A DNA stretch of 63,966 nt, filler included, from Reticulomyxa filosa (GCA_000512085.1; 18 parts of 18 records of this genome joined end to end with filler, not necessarily neighbours in it); one strand, 5' to 3'; positions 49,145 to 63,240 are shown, numbered from the whole stretch's first letter. Numbers and translations: made by a program. Notes: generated from the sequence alone by a model not told the origin.

Positions 49145-50155
49145 TTATTTGTTGCTTTGCCTTTTTTCCCATTTTTTGCTCCTTCTCCGCACTAATCACC
49201 ACTTTTTTTTGGATAAACAAATTTTTTTTCAAACTTATTTTTCTGTTATTGAATTAAACAGATAATGTAGCATCTTTATCTTTCAATGCATTTTTCGATC
49301 ATTTCAAAAAAGCGTGTTTTCAAGGTTTCGAACCTGCAATCGATTTGAATAAAATGACATTATAATATTTATTTTTTGCTTAGAAAAAACATATTACAAC
49401 TGTGTAAGCACAAACGAGACAAAACTTGTTATATTGTACTAACACCCCCCAGTAAGAGATTAAAAGGTTGTAGTCTAGTATATATACGTATATATATTTA
49501 ATTCTATATTATGGAAATACTACTATAACTACTAGGGCACCTTCTGGACAATATAGTCTATGATAAGTGCGGCAGGATGGCATAAGGAGATGTTATTAAT
49601 TTGATCATAAATATTTTCAACTTATTTAATATGTAATTAATGCATTTGATCAAATGTTGTCTGACAAAAATGTTTAGAAGAACATATTATTTATTTTTCA
49701 TATTCTTAAAAAAAGACAAAGAATTAAAATTTCAACATGAACTTTGACAAAAAGAACATAGCAAGTTTTGTTCAAGACTATTTAAAGTTTTCATTAACTA
49801 GGTGTTCTTAAAGCAAGTTGTATAGAAAAATGTTCCGACACAAATATATTTTTTTATTATTACAATAGAATGCAAAGTAAAGTTGACACATAAAACTGCA
49901 CCTTATAGAGATGATTAATTTTCTAAATGAAAAAACAACATTCAGACCNNNNNNNNNNNNNNNNNNNNNNNNNNNNNNNNNNNNNNNNNNNNTTAATTAA
50001 TTAANNNNNNNNNNNNNNNNNNNNNNNNNNNNNNNNNNNNNNNNNNNNAAGCTACACTGGTCAACTTTAACATCTAATTATTTGTTATTTTTGATTTTTT
50101 TTTTTTTTTACTTCTCTAGAATAATATTGATTGTTATGCCCCATACTGTATTGCA

Positions 50156-51443
50156 TCATCCCCATAATCGAATTGTTTTATCCCATGAACATGACACAAT
50201 GGTTTGTCCATTCGGTGAAAACTCTACCCATGCTACTCGATCAGAATGTCCCTCCAGTTTTTGCATTTCTCTTCCTGATTCTACGTCCCATATTCGAATA
50301 GTTTTATCAGCAGAACAAGATACAATAGTGTGACCATCTGGCGAAAATTGTGCTGCTGTTATTGGAAGAGCATGTCCGTCAAATTTCCTGATTTCTCTTT
50401 TGGATACTATATCCCACATCCGAATTGTTTGGTCCTCACAACAAATCACGACAAAGCGACTATCTGGCGAAAAGTGCATTCCAATTGGATCTTTCAAAGA
50501 ATTTTCAATTTTGTGTATCTCTAGACCAGATTTCAAATCCCAGATTCGACTTGTCTTATCCAATGAAGAGGAGACAAGAGAACGACCATTTGATGAAAGT
50601 TGAATTCCTGTTATCCAATTTGAATGTCCTTTCATTTGTTGTATCTCTTGTCCAGATTTCGCATCCCATACTCGGATGGTCATATCCCATGAACATGACA
50701 CAATTGTATTACCATCAAATGAAAAATGTGCTCCTGTCACAACATCGGAATGTCCAATCATCTTTCGAATTTCATTTCCTGAGAATAGATCCCATAATCG
50801 AACAGTCATATCCACAGAACATGACAAAATTATCTTACCATCAGGTGAAAATTCCACATCTGTGACAAAGCCATCATGAACAGATTTCCAAAGCTGTTGT
50901 CCTGATTCCACTTCCCATAATCGAATTGAATCATCCCATGAACATGAAACAATAGATCGACCATCTTGTGAAAATTGTGCTTTTTCCACAAAATTGGTAT
51001 GTCCATTCAACACTCGTATCAGCTGTCCAGATCTCACATCCCAAATGCGCAGTGCGCTGTCATAAAAATTTGCCGTTTGTGAAATAATCATAAGGCCATC
51101 CAATGAAAAATGTGTTTTTGCAACAGAGCGCGAATGACCCTTGAATACAATTAATTCCTGGAAATATTTGAGCTAAACACATTCCAATTTTTAAATATAT
51201 GTTATTTTTTTCTTAACGCATTTGGAAAAAGTTTAAACAATTCACAAATCGACAAAAAAAAAAAATATATATATATATAATAATAATTTATTGCAACAAC
51301 AAAAAAACAAGTGCTCAACGTAATTTAAAACAATTTCATTAAATTCCTTGATCCATCCACGATAAACCAGGCTCGATCGAAGCCAATGATCCATAACCAA
51401 TTGAACTGCATGCTTCGTCTGTTTTGAATCAATTTTTTTTTTT
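50156..51443 (-). CDS. WD40-repeat protein (seven regular repeats) of the expanded lineage-specific family
   Basis: Repeated 'GH...V....FSPDG.TIVSCSWD.TIRLWD', ending 'TIRLWG*'; upstream exon 'LVMDHWLRSSLVYRGWIKEFNEIVLNY' (~51320-51410). Confidence 0.92.
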
Positions 51444-51543
51444 NNNNNNNNNNNNNNNNNNNNNNNNNNNNNNNNNNNNNNNNNNNNTTAATTAATTAAN
51501 NNNNNNNNNNNNNNNNNNNNNNNNNNNNNNNNNNNNNNNNNNN

Positions 51544-51581
<38 letters not shown>

Positions 51582-51629
51582 TAAGACAAACAATATAACA
51601 AGTACACAAATAAAATAATAACAAAAATA

Positions 51630-52662
51630 GGAAATGCGCCGGTGCTAAGCAAACAAGTGTGGCTGAATTTTCCATTGCTGAAAACAATCCAGGGAGCAAT
51701 GACTTTTATGATGTAAGTTTGGTTGATGGCTATACGATCCCAATGAGTGTAACTCCTTATGATAGTGATACCAGTTGTGGTGGAAACGCTACGTTTTACT
51801 GCAAAAAAGCAAGCATCAATGAACTTGACGCGGCACTTTACTGCCCACCTGAGTTGCGCTGGAGCGGAACAGGAAACTATTCGAATATGTTGTTTTGTTC
51901 GTCTATCTGCAGTGCAGTTAACTCGAATGAAATGACTGCCAAGAGTTCCATTCTCAATAATTGGGCACATGGCGCGTCGGCTGTCGGTGGAAGTGGAACA
52001 AATTATACTGGTTACGTATACTCTTTAGAAACAAAAAAATGCGTGCCCTTTCCCCTACGTATACCGTTTGTAGATAGTTTTTTATGAGGCTACAAAGATT
52101 TTAAAAAAAAAAATTTTGTATAGCCACGCATCATGGATCCATGGTAGACTTCTTATGCTGTCAATGTGGTAGCAGTGGTGGCGCCTGCAGCAACGATAGC
52201 ACAGCGTGCGCTTTTGGTTGTACTCCTCATCCCTACTCTAAGGACGAGTACTGGCCTTCTAACAGAATATGTACTGTGATTTCTGGAACTGGAATTCCAG
52301 ATTGGCCTTACTCTCCAAGTCCAGGATTTGAAACAACTAACTACGCGCAATTGTTTAAGAAAACTTCACCAACTTCTTATTCGTGGCAGGTATTTTTGCT
52401 TCTTTTTTTTTTTCTTCCCATTTTATGAGTAAAATGGATGGGGGGGGCATTGCATACCTAAAATATTTAATTCGATCAGTTTGATGATCCTACTTCAACG
52501 TTCCAATGCCGCAACAGTCATTACCAAATTGATTTCTGTGCATCTTCCAACGAAACCGGTTCCTCCACTGAAACACCTTCCACAAATAAATCAGCGGCCA
52601 ATCTTGCAAAGTTTTCAACAGTAGTGTTGAGTTTACTTGCCGTGTTGATGTTGCTTGCTTAA
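51630..52662 (+). CDS. Thaumatin-like protein (PR-5 fold) with predicted GPI-anchor signal; 5' end lost
   Basis: 'AEFSI....DFYDVSLVDGYTIPMSVTP', 'CPPELR', 'CSSIC', 'NYAQLFKKTSPTSYSWQ|FDDPTSTFQC...YQIDFC', then a Ser/Thr spacer and hydrophobic tail 'STVVLSLLAVLMLLA*' (stop 52660-52662). Confidence 0.9.
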
Positions 52663-54337
52663 TCCACATGTCGGACTTTGTTTTCAATTGTAAATCGTAA
52701 AAATTACTTGGTTCTGGGATTTGAGTTCGTTTATTGGTAAAAAAATATCAAAAAAACGAACTGTTTAAATAATGAACAAAATTCTTTTTTTCAAAATGGC
52801 TATTAAAGCTTGGGCTGTTAAAATTAATCTTTGAAAAGATATAATGCGTAACATCTAACATATCCTCATAATATTTTTCAGTATATTATGGTACACGCTT
52901 TCACAAGATATGACATTGTTACAACCCAAGTCGTCCTGGTTTTTATATCATAAGATCATACTGTGCCGTAAATTGAAAATACTAAGTTTTCCAAAAGATA
53001 ACACAATTTGATTAGAATCGCAAAGTCATTTTTCCGTTGCAATGAATTAAAAAAGAATTTTTCAAATGATTTTCTTCATTTCCGAGATTCACCTAAAAGG
53101 TTTTTAATTTCGTTCAGAAACAAAAAACAAATATGAGCTGAAAGCAAGGCAATTTTTTCAATATCCAATACGAATTTCGATACGAATTTAGTATTTTTAA
53201 AGCAAATTGTCAAACATATGCTAGTACTTTGTATTGTATCTAGCATTCAAATAATGATTTTGGATAGAAAAGCATTTACTGAAAAATAATAGCCCGACTA
53301 TTTGCGAAAAATAACTTAAAAATAGCAAGTTTTTCTTAAAGCACAATAAAAAGGTGTATCTTTCTTCTTTTGTTATTCAATTGTTTATATCTGCGATTGG
53401 GTCTTGCAATTAAATAACTTAATATTGTTGTCGTATCACTTCTACTTCAATGAAATGATAATAGTTTTCTTGTTATATGCGAGTACAACAAAAAACTCTT
53501 TGTTACTATGTAAGCTTTTACGGTTTTTCGTCTTTCCGGACATCTTGCTAAAAATAGTATCACAGAGAATAACAAATAGTTCCGAATACGTGCATTCATT
53601 CTTAAAAACGAGTACATTTTTGAAATCAGGCTAATAAAAAGTTGATATACGTACAATTTTAAGAAAGGACGTGAAACATCTAACTGGTGTTGTGTTTAGA
53701 GGCTAATATAACACCATTATTGTGTATTAAATCAGTGTTTGTCATGGCCCTAAAAAAAATTTAAGAATCAAGGTAAAAACGTCGATAGTCACTTAATTGA
53801 TAGTAAAATATCTTATTGAAAGCTGGTGCAAAAAATGTAACCTGAACACAAGACCTGTTGTTTCGTTTGCTGTTGAAAAAAAAGCGTGCAAGGTAAAAGC
53901 TTTGTGAAGTTTTTTTCCGAACTACTTCTTTAAACTTGTAATTTGTGTCTAATGTCTCAATTTCCGTCAATGGTTCCATTTAGAGTAATGGAGAGTGAAC
54001 AATGTTTTCTTGACACCATGGGCCAATTTTCAGTTTAGTAAGGAAAACTGTTTGATATTTTTGCGCTATATCTTCATCTCATTGTCTTTTTGTGGATTTA
54101 ATAGAACGTTGCGTCCTCCAACCAAGTTTTGTGCTTTTTTTTTTTATAATTTAAGAGTGAACCATGGATTACTCCGAACTATTAAATGCAAGATGTGTGT
54201 GTTGTAGATGTTAATGAAAAGCGGCTTTGGTAAGTAAAGAGTGGATTGGCAGGAGAAAAAAAAGGGAAAATTTCTCCATTTTTATTTTTTTTAAAAAAAA
54301 AAAAACAGAGAACATTTATCGAATTGATAATTCACTG

Positions 54338-54785
54338 ATGCCACCACCAAAGCGACAAAGATCAAGCAATGACTCAGTGGTATGTGCAGCGTTCATACGT
54401 ATTCAAAAAAAATTGAGGCGATGAAGCAACAGCAGAAAAGGTGTTTGATTTTTTATTTTTGTAAACGTTGAATTTTTGAAATATAGAGTCTGGAAACTGT
54501 TAGTGAATACAGTGAAGAGATTGTAGAAAAACAAAAGCTCCTTCTAGATATGGCAGAATGCAAGTCGGATGATATCGAGAAATTGAAAGGTCCTGATGTG
54601 TTGCGAAACGATATTTTATGCATTGTGTTTCAAAGAACAAAGAATCCTGTGCATGGCCCAATTTTGCGCTTAAGTATCGTTTGTGTATTATTTTGTAAAT
54701 ACACAAGTGTACGTATCTTTCGTGCAAAGGTGCAAAAGAGGGTGGAGGAGGCAAAGCAAAAAAAAAAAAAAAAAAAAAAAAAATT
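54338..54785 (+). CDS. Hypothetical protein N-terminus (NLS-like MPPPKRQR), partial
   Basis: ATG at 54338, exon 'SLETVSEYSEEIVEKQKLLLDMAECKSDDIEKL'; truncated by the spacer. Confidence 0.4.
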
Positions 54786-55476
54786 NNNNNNNNNNNNNNN
54801 NNNNNNNNNNNNNNNNNNNNNNNNNNNNNTTAATTAATTAANNNNNNNNNNNNNNNNNNNNNNNNNNNNNNNNNNNNNNNNNNNNGTATGAACACAGATA
54901 GGAGAATAAGAATGCTAGTAATAACTTTTTGTCTCAAGAAAGAGATATTTTCTTTGTAATACATTTCTTCTTTTTTAGATGGCTGGAACTATCTTCGCAA
55001 ATGAATAGCTCGAGGGAAGCATACACATTTATAACCAAACAGTGGACGAGACCACAAACATATAAAAAAAAAAGATAAGTAAATGAAATTTGTCAATGAC
55101 AATCTGAAGACGAAAGATAGAGGCCGTTTTTGAGATACCCTTTCGAATTTAATTTAAAAAAATCTTTGCCCAAAAAAACTGCTGAAACAGTGGAAAGAAA
55201 GAAGTTTTGAAAGTAAAGAAGAAGACTCATGATAATCAACTTAAGAAAGAAACATGACAAAACGATGCACAAGATGCAGATAGCAAAGCTGAACTTCAAA
55301 CAATTTTGTTTGGTATTTTGTTAACCCCTTTTTTTTCTTCTTCCTTAGATTCTCTCAACTCAAACAAAAAAAAAGAATTATCAAATTTGTGTTCCCAAGG
55401 GCTTCCCTGTTTGAAAACAGTCTTTTTTTTTTTTGGAGTTGAACATTGCAGCTTTTTTTTTTTGGAAAAGGGGGGT

Positions 55477-56168
<692 letters not shown>

Positions 56169-57128
56169 TTATCCAAATATTTTTTATTGGAAGAGAAACA
56201 CCTATGCAAGACAGCGAAACACTGCAAAAAAAGGATAGGTTTTTTTTTTTGAACTTTGTTTGGGAGGACTTTTTTTATCCACCGTTCTTGGTATATTTTA
56301 AAAAATTATTTGATAATGTAATAATTTAATCAAGAATTAAATTTGCTTTTTCAAAATTCTGATTTGATACCCAATCAATTAATTGAATTTTTGTTTTTTG
56401 GAATATGTGATAGGATGAGCAGTTTTTACGTATGCGACTTGAAATAGCCATTATTGTTGAAATGTTCAATTCTCAAACAGATTGGATAAAATTTGTGCAA
56501 AAGAGTGAAACAAGTCAACAANNNNNNNNNNNNNNNNNNNNNNNNNNNNNNNNNNNNNNNNNNNNTTAATTAATTAANNNNNNNNNNNNNNNNNNNNNNN
56601 NNNNNNNNNNNNNNNNNNNNNAGTTTTTTAAAGTTCTCTTTGTTCCTTTGCAGTTTTACGCTTACCAGCTACCAACCAACTGACCACTCGACTGAACATT
56701 TTATTACTAAAAATATTTCATAATTCATTGAATTTCTTCAATTTCTTTCTTGCTAAGCAATTATTATCTTGCCATATCAAAATTGGATGAACACACAATC
56801 AAATGATGATTTTTAATATTTGATATGAAATTCTTTTTGGAAATCTCATAAATTGATTATGAACAAGTATATAAAAAAAGGAATGAAAGAATAGTTTATG
56901 TATATTTTATGTAAAATTTGATTCTTTATTATCATCACTATGAAAATTTATACAAGTAAATATCCACATCATTCAAACAGGTGCATTCTATCATTATGAT
57001 GCACCCATTAATGACATCTATTTTCAGTTAATAGAGCAAGTTTATTTTTATTGATTTTTTTTAAATTGTGAATTATATGCAGGTTTTTTTAATTCATTAA
57101 AGCCAAATCAGTCAACAAAATGTTTTCC

Positions 57129-57670
57129 CTATCCCCAAATACAAATTAAACCACTCAATGAACCGTAACACAGCTTAATATCACAACCAAGATTATTATT
57201 ACCTTTAATTTTCTTTTCTTTTTTTTTTAATTGTAAAAATTTAAAGCAAACTATTCCATCATCATTATTTTCTCCTTTCATAATATATAATTCATTTCTA
57301 TTTGATCGAATATCCCAAAAACGAATTGTATTATCCCATGATCCAGAACATATCACATTTGAACTACCACCAATTTCAATATTATTAACTATAAATGGTG
57401 AATATTCAATAGCATTTACAGTATATGTATGTCTATTAAATGATTGAATTTGTTGACAAGATCGAATATCCCATAAACGAACACTTTTATCTTCTGATCC
57501 AGATAATATTATATTAGTTAATTTATTTGATCCATATTTTACACTTCTAATCCAATCTGTATGTCCTTTAAATAAAATTAATTGTTTAGTTGTTTCAATA
57601 TCACTTATTTGAATAGTTTTATCAAATGATCCAGAACAAATAGTATATCCATTTCCACCAATAATACCAA

Positions 57671-57701
<31 letters not shown>

Positions 57702-58415
57702 TTGTAATGGTGAAATATCTAAACATCTAACAATATCTGTATGTCCATTAAAAATATGTAATGATTTAGATGTTTCAATATCCCATAAACGAATTGTTTT
57801 ATCATATGATCCAGAACATAAATATTTACCACCATTAAATGATGAAAATTCAATACAACAAACACCACGAGTATGTCCATTAAATATTTGTAATTGTTTA
57901 TTATGTTTGAAATCCCAAAAATTAATAGTTTCATCATTTGATGAAGAGCAAATTACACTACGACGATTAGTATAATGATGATATGGGGAAAATTTCACAC
58001 AATATACATAATCTGGATGTCCTGTATATAATTTAATTTGTTTATTAGCATTAATATCCCATACCCGAATTGTATTATCTTTTGATCCAGAACAAATAAA
58101 TTGATTATCATTAAATGTTGAATAATCAATACTCCATACAACATCAATATGTTTAGTAAGTGTATTAAGTAATTTAGATGATAAATAAAATTCTTCAAAT
58201 ATGAAAAAATTAGTTGCCTATATTTGAATTGTGAATAATAAATATTTATCATTGAAATAAAAAAAAAAAAAAAAAATAAACATAACATATTTAGCAACAA
58301 ATTTATCAAAATCATTGATCCATCCGAATTTAATATTTAATGTTCGAATCCAATGTTTGATAATTGTTTGAATTTCTTTTTCTTCTGACTGATTCAAAGT
58401 ACAAGAACAAAGTAT
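57129..58415 (-). CDS. WD40-repeat protein of the expanded family (possibly frameshifted)
   Basis: 289-aa ORF with 'GHT..V.C.EFS....ICSGS.DKTIRLWD' repeats and a poly-Asn insert, ending 'ICIWG*'; N-terminal exon 'EEKEIQTIIKHWIRTLNIKFGWINDFDKFVAKY'. Confidence 0.88.
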
Positions 58416-58834
58416 NNNNNNNNNNNNNNNNNNNNNNNNNNNNNNNNNNNNNNNNNNNNTTAATTAATTAANNNNNNNNNNNNNNNNNNNNNNNNNNNNN
58501 NNNNNNNNNNNNNNNGAGTAATATCTTTTCTTGAAGTGAAAAACATATTTTGCAAAGTAAATTTTCTATATTGTTTTTTTTGCAGTAAATTCATAGAGCA
58601 CTTTGCGTGTCGGTTAAAATTGGAAATTAAAACATTGAAACATTTTGAAACAGATAAACTTTTGGAAAAGAAAAAATACAGGATTGAATCAAAATGACAT
58701 AAAAATTAAAACTAAAGCTTAAAACTAACGATAAAAAAATTACTATTTTAAAATTACTTTTCTATACTTTTATTTCTTCAAAACGAAAAGAAAAAGCAAA
58801 AACAGTTGGTATGGGAAATCGCATTTTAGAAACG

Positions 58835-59666
58835 TCACCACATCATTTCTGTGATTTCGTTTTTGTCGTGAGTATTGTCAACGGTTGAAGTGGTACTACC
58901 ATCTAATTCGTGAGAATCCTTTATTTTAGTATCATTTTTCTCGTTTTCTTTTTTTTTTGTTTGTTTTGGCATTGGACTATTTATTGACTGATTTTTTTTG
59001 GTATCTTTAAAAACGCGGAAAAAAAAGGGAATACAATAAAACCACAACACAACAAACCTCTCATTTCTTTTTCGACAAAGTCTTGATAATCCATTCGGGC
59101 TTTCTGTTGCAAAATCGTATATAATGTGAAAAAAAAACAAACAAAAACTAGTTGCATGTACGTAACATCAAATGCCAGAATGAATTTTTGGACAATTTCG
59201 AATAGTTGTTCCCATCGCAATGATTCACTCTCTCCAAAATATTTCCTAGAACAATGACGATTACAAATAGCATTTATTGTTACACAACAACAACAAGAAT
59301 AAAGGAGAGTACTCTGCTATGTGTGTCATTCCTTACAAGACAAAGTGTGTTTCTTGAACGGCGTGGTCATATTCTGTTCGAAGAGTCTTTTTTGAACATA
59401 CAGCAAACAAAGAGAGTAAGAATACAAAGAGAAAGAAGAAAAGCAGAAAGAAAGTGGTTTGTAATTGAAACTTGTAATTTCAGCACGGCTGTTTGCAAAA
59501 ACTGTCCCATGACATTGCTGAATCGGTCCGATTGCGCAAGCGTAGGCGATACACATTGAAGCTGAAAATTGACTGCGGAATTGTGATGCGTCCGAACTTT
59601 TTGTTGCAGCAACTTGGTTTTTTGTTGGATTTCTGTTATTTCCTCCGAAACTGCGCCTTGATGAAC

Positions 59667-59670
<4 letters not shown>
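58835..59670 (-). CDS. Formin, FH2-domain C-terminal part
   Basis: 'DRFSNVMGQFLQTAVLKLQ|TLRTEYDHAVQET...KYFGESESLRWEQLFEIVQKFILAFD|KARMDY' matches the FH2 'D.F..VM..F....YFGE......FF.....F...F..A' pattern. Confidence 0.75.
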
Positions 59671-59705
<35 letters not shown>

Positions 59706-59879
59706 NNNNNNNNNNNNNNNNNNNNNNNNNNNNNNNNNNNNNNNNNNNNTTAATTAATTAANNNNNNNNNNNNNNNNNNNNNNNNNNNNNNNNNNNNNNN
59801 NNNNNTTTTTTTTGTTTTATTGCGCCTCTACCCCCCCCCCCTTTTTTTTTTTTGTTATCGTCGATTTTGTTAAAAAAGA

Positions 59880-60798
59880 GATGAAGTCGGACGCTTTTTG
59901 TACGCGTCGATTGTGGAAAAAATGGGCAGCACGTTGAAAGTTCATTACGAAGGCTGGAGCCGTAAATGGGACTGTTACAGTGATTACAAACAGGAATTGT
60001 ATCGTTTTGCCCGAGCAGGCAGCATTTCCAAACGCCAGGCACATCGCTTTCGCCAATTGAAAAAAGGCGACTTTGTGGACATCAACCCGAAAATGCGCCA
60101 CGAAGGTTGGGTGGTAGGCGAAATCCGCCGAAAAGATAAGAAATCAGGACAAGTGCAAGTGGTGTATGAGAAGGACAACAAGAATTACTTATTTTGGGCG
60201 CATTTGGACGACAATGAGTCGATCGCAGAGTTTATGACGGAATCAGGCAATGTCAATCGATCCCAAATTGACGTGGAAAAACATATTAAGCACAAAGATG
60301 ACCAGCAACAAGTACCCGAGGCAAAACGTGTGCGATCCAAAAAAAAACCAACCGATTCCGAAACCCTATTGCAAATCCGTGCACAAAAGTTTTTCAAAGT
60401 AGAGAATGAAGTAATTGATAACAAATATGTGATTGGTGATTGGCTGGAAGTGCAAGACGTGCGAAGTGAACAGTGGTTTCCTGGAACAGTCATCGACAAG
60501 GAAAACAATTGGATTGTCGTGCATTACGACGGATTTTCGAGCAAATACGACCAGTCCTTGCATGTGGTGAAGATGAAACAATGGCTTCGTGGATTGGGAG
60601 AAGGCTTGGAACCCGACGAAATCGAATTGGAAATTAAGGAAGAGATGCAAAACTTTATCCAAGGATTGAAAGATTGGAAATGGGAATTGCTTACTATTGA
60701 AGCCGACGGAAACTGTCTTTACCGCAGTTTCGCTCAGGAAGTTTATGGTGACCAAAAGGAACATATGAAAGTTCGCGCGGAATGCATCGAATATATGG
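59880..60798 (+). CDS. OTU-domain deubiquitinase (OTUD5-like catalytic motif) with tandem Tudor/MBT-like modules, partial
   Basis: 'IEADGNCLYRSFAQEVYGDQKEHMKVRAECIEYM' is the OTU Cys box; upstream 'LKVHYEGWSRKWD' and 'GDWLEVQD...WFPGTVIDKENNWIVVHYDGFSSKYD'. Confidence 0.88.
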
Positions 60799-60802
60799 TA
60801 TG

Positions 60803-60839
<37 letters not shown>

Positions 60840-60950
60840 CAAAAAAAAAANNNNNNNNNNNNNNNNNNNNNNNNNNNNNNNNNNNNNNNNNNNNTTAATT
60901 AATTAANNNNNNNNNNNNNNNNNNNNNNNNNNNNNNNNNNNNNNNNNNNN

Positions 60951-61304
60951 ATCAATACTATAAATCCAACTGGTATGTTCAGTGAATGTATTAAATAATT
61001 GGGATGAATATAGTGGTTGTCTGCGTTAAATAATAACAACAAATAAATATTTGTCACTAAATGAAAAAAAGTATGAAACAAAACATAACATAGTTGACAA
61101 CAAGTTTGTCAAAATTGTTGATCCATCCGAATCTAATATGTAATGTCCTAATCCAATGTTGAATAATTATTTGAACTTTTTCTTCTTCCAACTGGTTCAC
61201 AAAGTACATATCAAACCCTAGTTAACAAGCTTTTGAAAGTTTTAAAGAAATCTTACACGTGTTAATTTCGTTGAAAGTTGCTTTTCATTACCAAGATTTA
61301 TCAT
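60951..61304 (-). pseudogene. WD40-family 5' fragment, probably degenerate
   Basis: ATG at 61304 'MINLGNEKQLSTKLT', then exon 'EEEKVQIIIQHWIRTLHIRFGWINNFDKLVVNY'; truncated at the spacer. Confidence 0.7.
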
Positions 61305-62779
61305 TCTTTCGATTTTTTAAAGATGAAAATATTTGAACTTTTTAATATCAAGATCAGTGAAGGGAGAGTTATCCAAAAAATTGGATAATATCTGGTGAAT
61401 GCACTCGTACACCTTGTTCAAACAAGTATCAATTTTACAGTCCACAGAATTGTGATTGTAGTATGATATGCCAAGTTTGTTTTACAAGTAATTCCTGTCC
61501 TTTGACCATTTGAAGGCATAATACACAACTTTCAAGAAACGTGGAACTTGTGACATATGTGGGCTCACTGTTTTGATATTGATCATATACTGAAATACAT
61601 CCTATTGATACTCTCCAGAAATGATTGAGTGTGCAGTAATATGGCGTGGACCTCCGCTTAACAGTTTTTGGATAGGAATTGAATGATTCTGATTTGGTCA
61701 TCATCAACGAAAATATGTTGCCATCTTAGGAGACAAGATGTGTATTGATACAAAAAAAATTTCATTCGTATTACACTTCAATCGCACTCACTCTTGCAAC
61801 TCTCACAATGAAATTGTGGAAATAAATTTTAAAATTGAAATTGAATCAGTATCTTAAGAAGGCGTAAATAATGCAACTAAAAAAAAAAAAGGTATACCAC
61901 GTTCGAAGTGATAATTTATTTTCTTATCACACTCACTTCAATTTTTCAAAATAAATGTGGATGGATGCAATGAAATACTTTAATGTATGCCCTCTTTTGG
62001 CGAAAGATAGATATGGTATTCCAGTGTCATAGAAATGAAATTCGTTTGACAACAATAACACAAAAACTTTGACAGACAATGCAAATATTGAAATAAAAAT
62101 TTTTCTTTCTATCATCCGCTCTTGTACAACATTTATTTTAGTTTTATATTGTGTTCTTTTTTTAAACGACTACGTGTTCAACTAATACTTTTATTCAAAT
62201 AATAAATCTTTGCTTTGAAATTGTGGGATAACATAAAATAATAAATTTCAGATATCCTTTGTTCAATTACTTTCTTTTTGTTCATTCATACTTATATTGT
62301 GATGCGCTCTATTAAATACAAAACTTTTACCTTCTCGATTACAAAACCATTCATAAATGATATCACCCAAACGAATTCGATATCCAATATTATGATTTCG
62401 CAAATAATAATTTTCTGTATTACCTTGAGCAGGACGATATGGCCAATTCTTTACAATTGATGACAGTTTTCCTTTACAATGGAAGATATTACTGCAATAT
62501 TAATGTTTCATAACCTCATTAATTTTATTATTTCAACCATTCTTTATGTTTGACATTTATATCGTACATGGANNNNNNNNNNNNNNNNNNNNNNNNNNNN
62601 NNNNNNNNNNNNNNNNTTAATTAATTAANNNNNNNNNNNNNNNNNNNNNNNNNNNNNNNNNNNNNNNNNNNNTCAATCAAAAAATTAAAGCAAGAAATAT
62701 AGTTTAAAGAAGATATTATAATTGATAAAAGTGAAAACATAAAGAAAAATCAAGAAAATTACAATGTAAAATTTCCAAC

Positions 62780-63240
62780 AAAAATGGAAATTAATAATAG
62801 AAAATTAATTAAAGTATTCAAAAGACATACGGTCGTTGTATATAGTATTTATCTATATTCAAATGATAAAAATATATATTCTTGGGATATACAAAATGAT
62901 AAACAATTTTAAGTATTTAATGGAAGAAATTGTATCAATGGTATTAGATTATCTTCATTTAATTGTGGTCGATATTTGTGTTCTGGATGTGATGACAAAA
63001 CTGTTTGTCTATTCGATATTGAAAATCTCAAAATAGAACAAATTTTTATAGGACATATAGAAAGCGTTTGGTGTGTTGATTTTTCATCGTTGTAAAGCAA
63101 TATAAACAATAATAATATTGTAATGATTGATGGAAATGTATATATTATTGGTTTTAGATTGATAAATGGAAATATTTGTATATGGGATATTGAAACAATG
63201 AAAAATTTATTTAATTTTAAAGGACATCAAAATTGCATAT
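62780..63240 (+). pseudogene. WD40-repeat pseudogene, cut off by the downstream element
   Basis: 'GRYLCSGCDDKTVCLFDIE...FIGHIESVWCVDFS', 'ICIWDIETMKNLFNFKGH', with stops and frameshifts. Confidence 0.8.

Noticed and set aside
49321-49400. tRNA gene
   Set aside because: Only a T-loop-like motif is present; no acceptor stem, D-arm or anticodon arm can be formed.
61435-62572. Short ORFs in AT-rich sequence
   Set aside because: No recognisable motifs or consistent exon structure.
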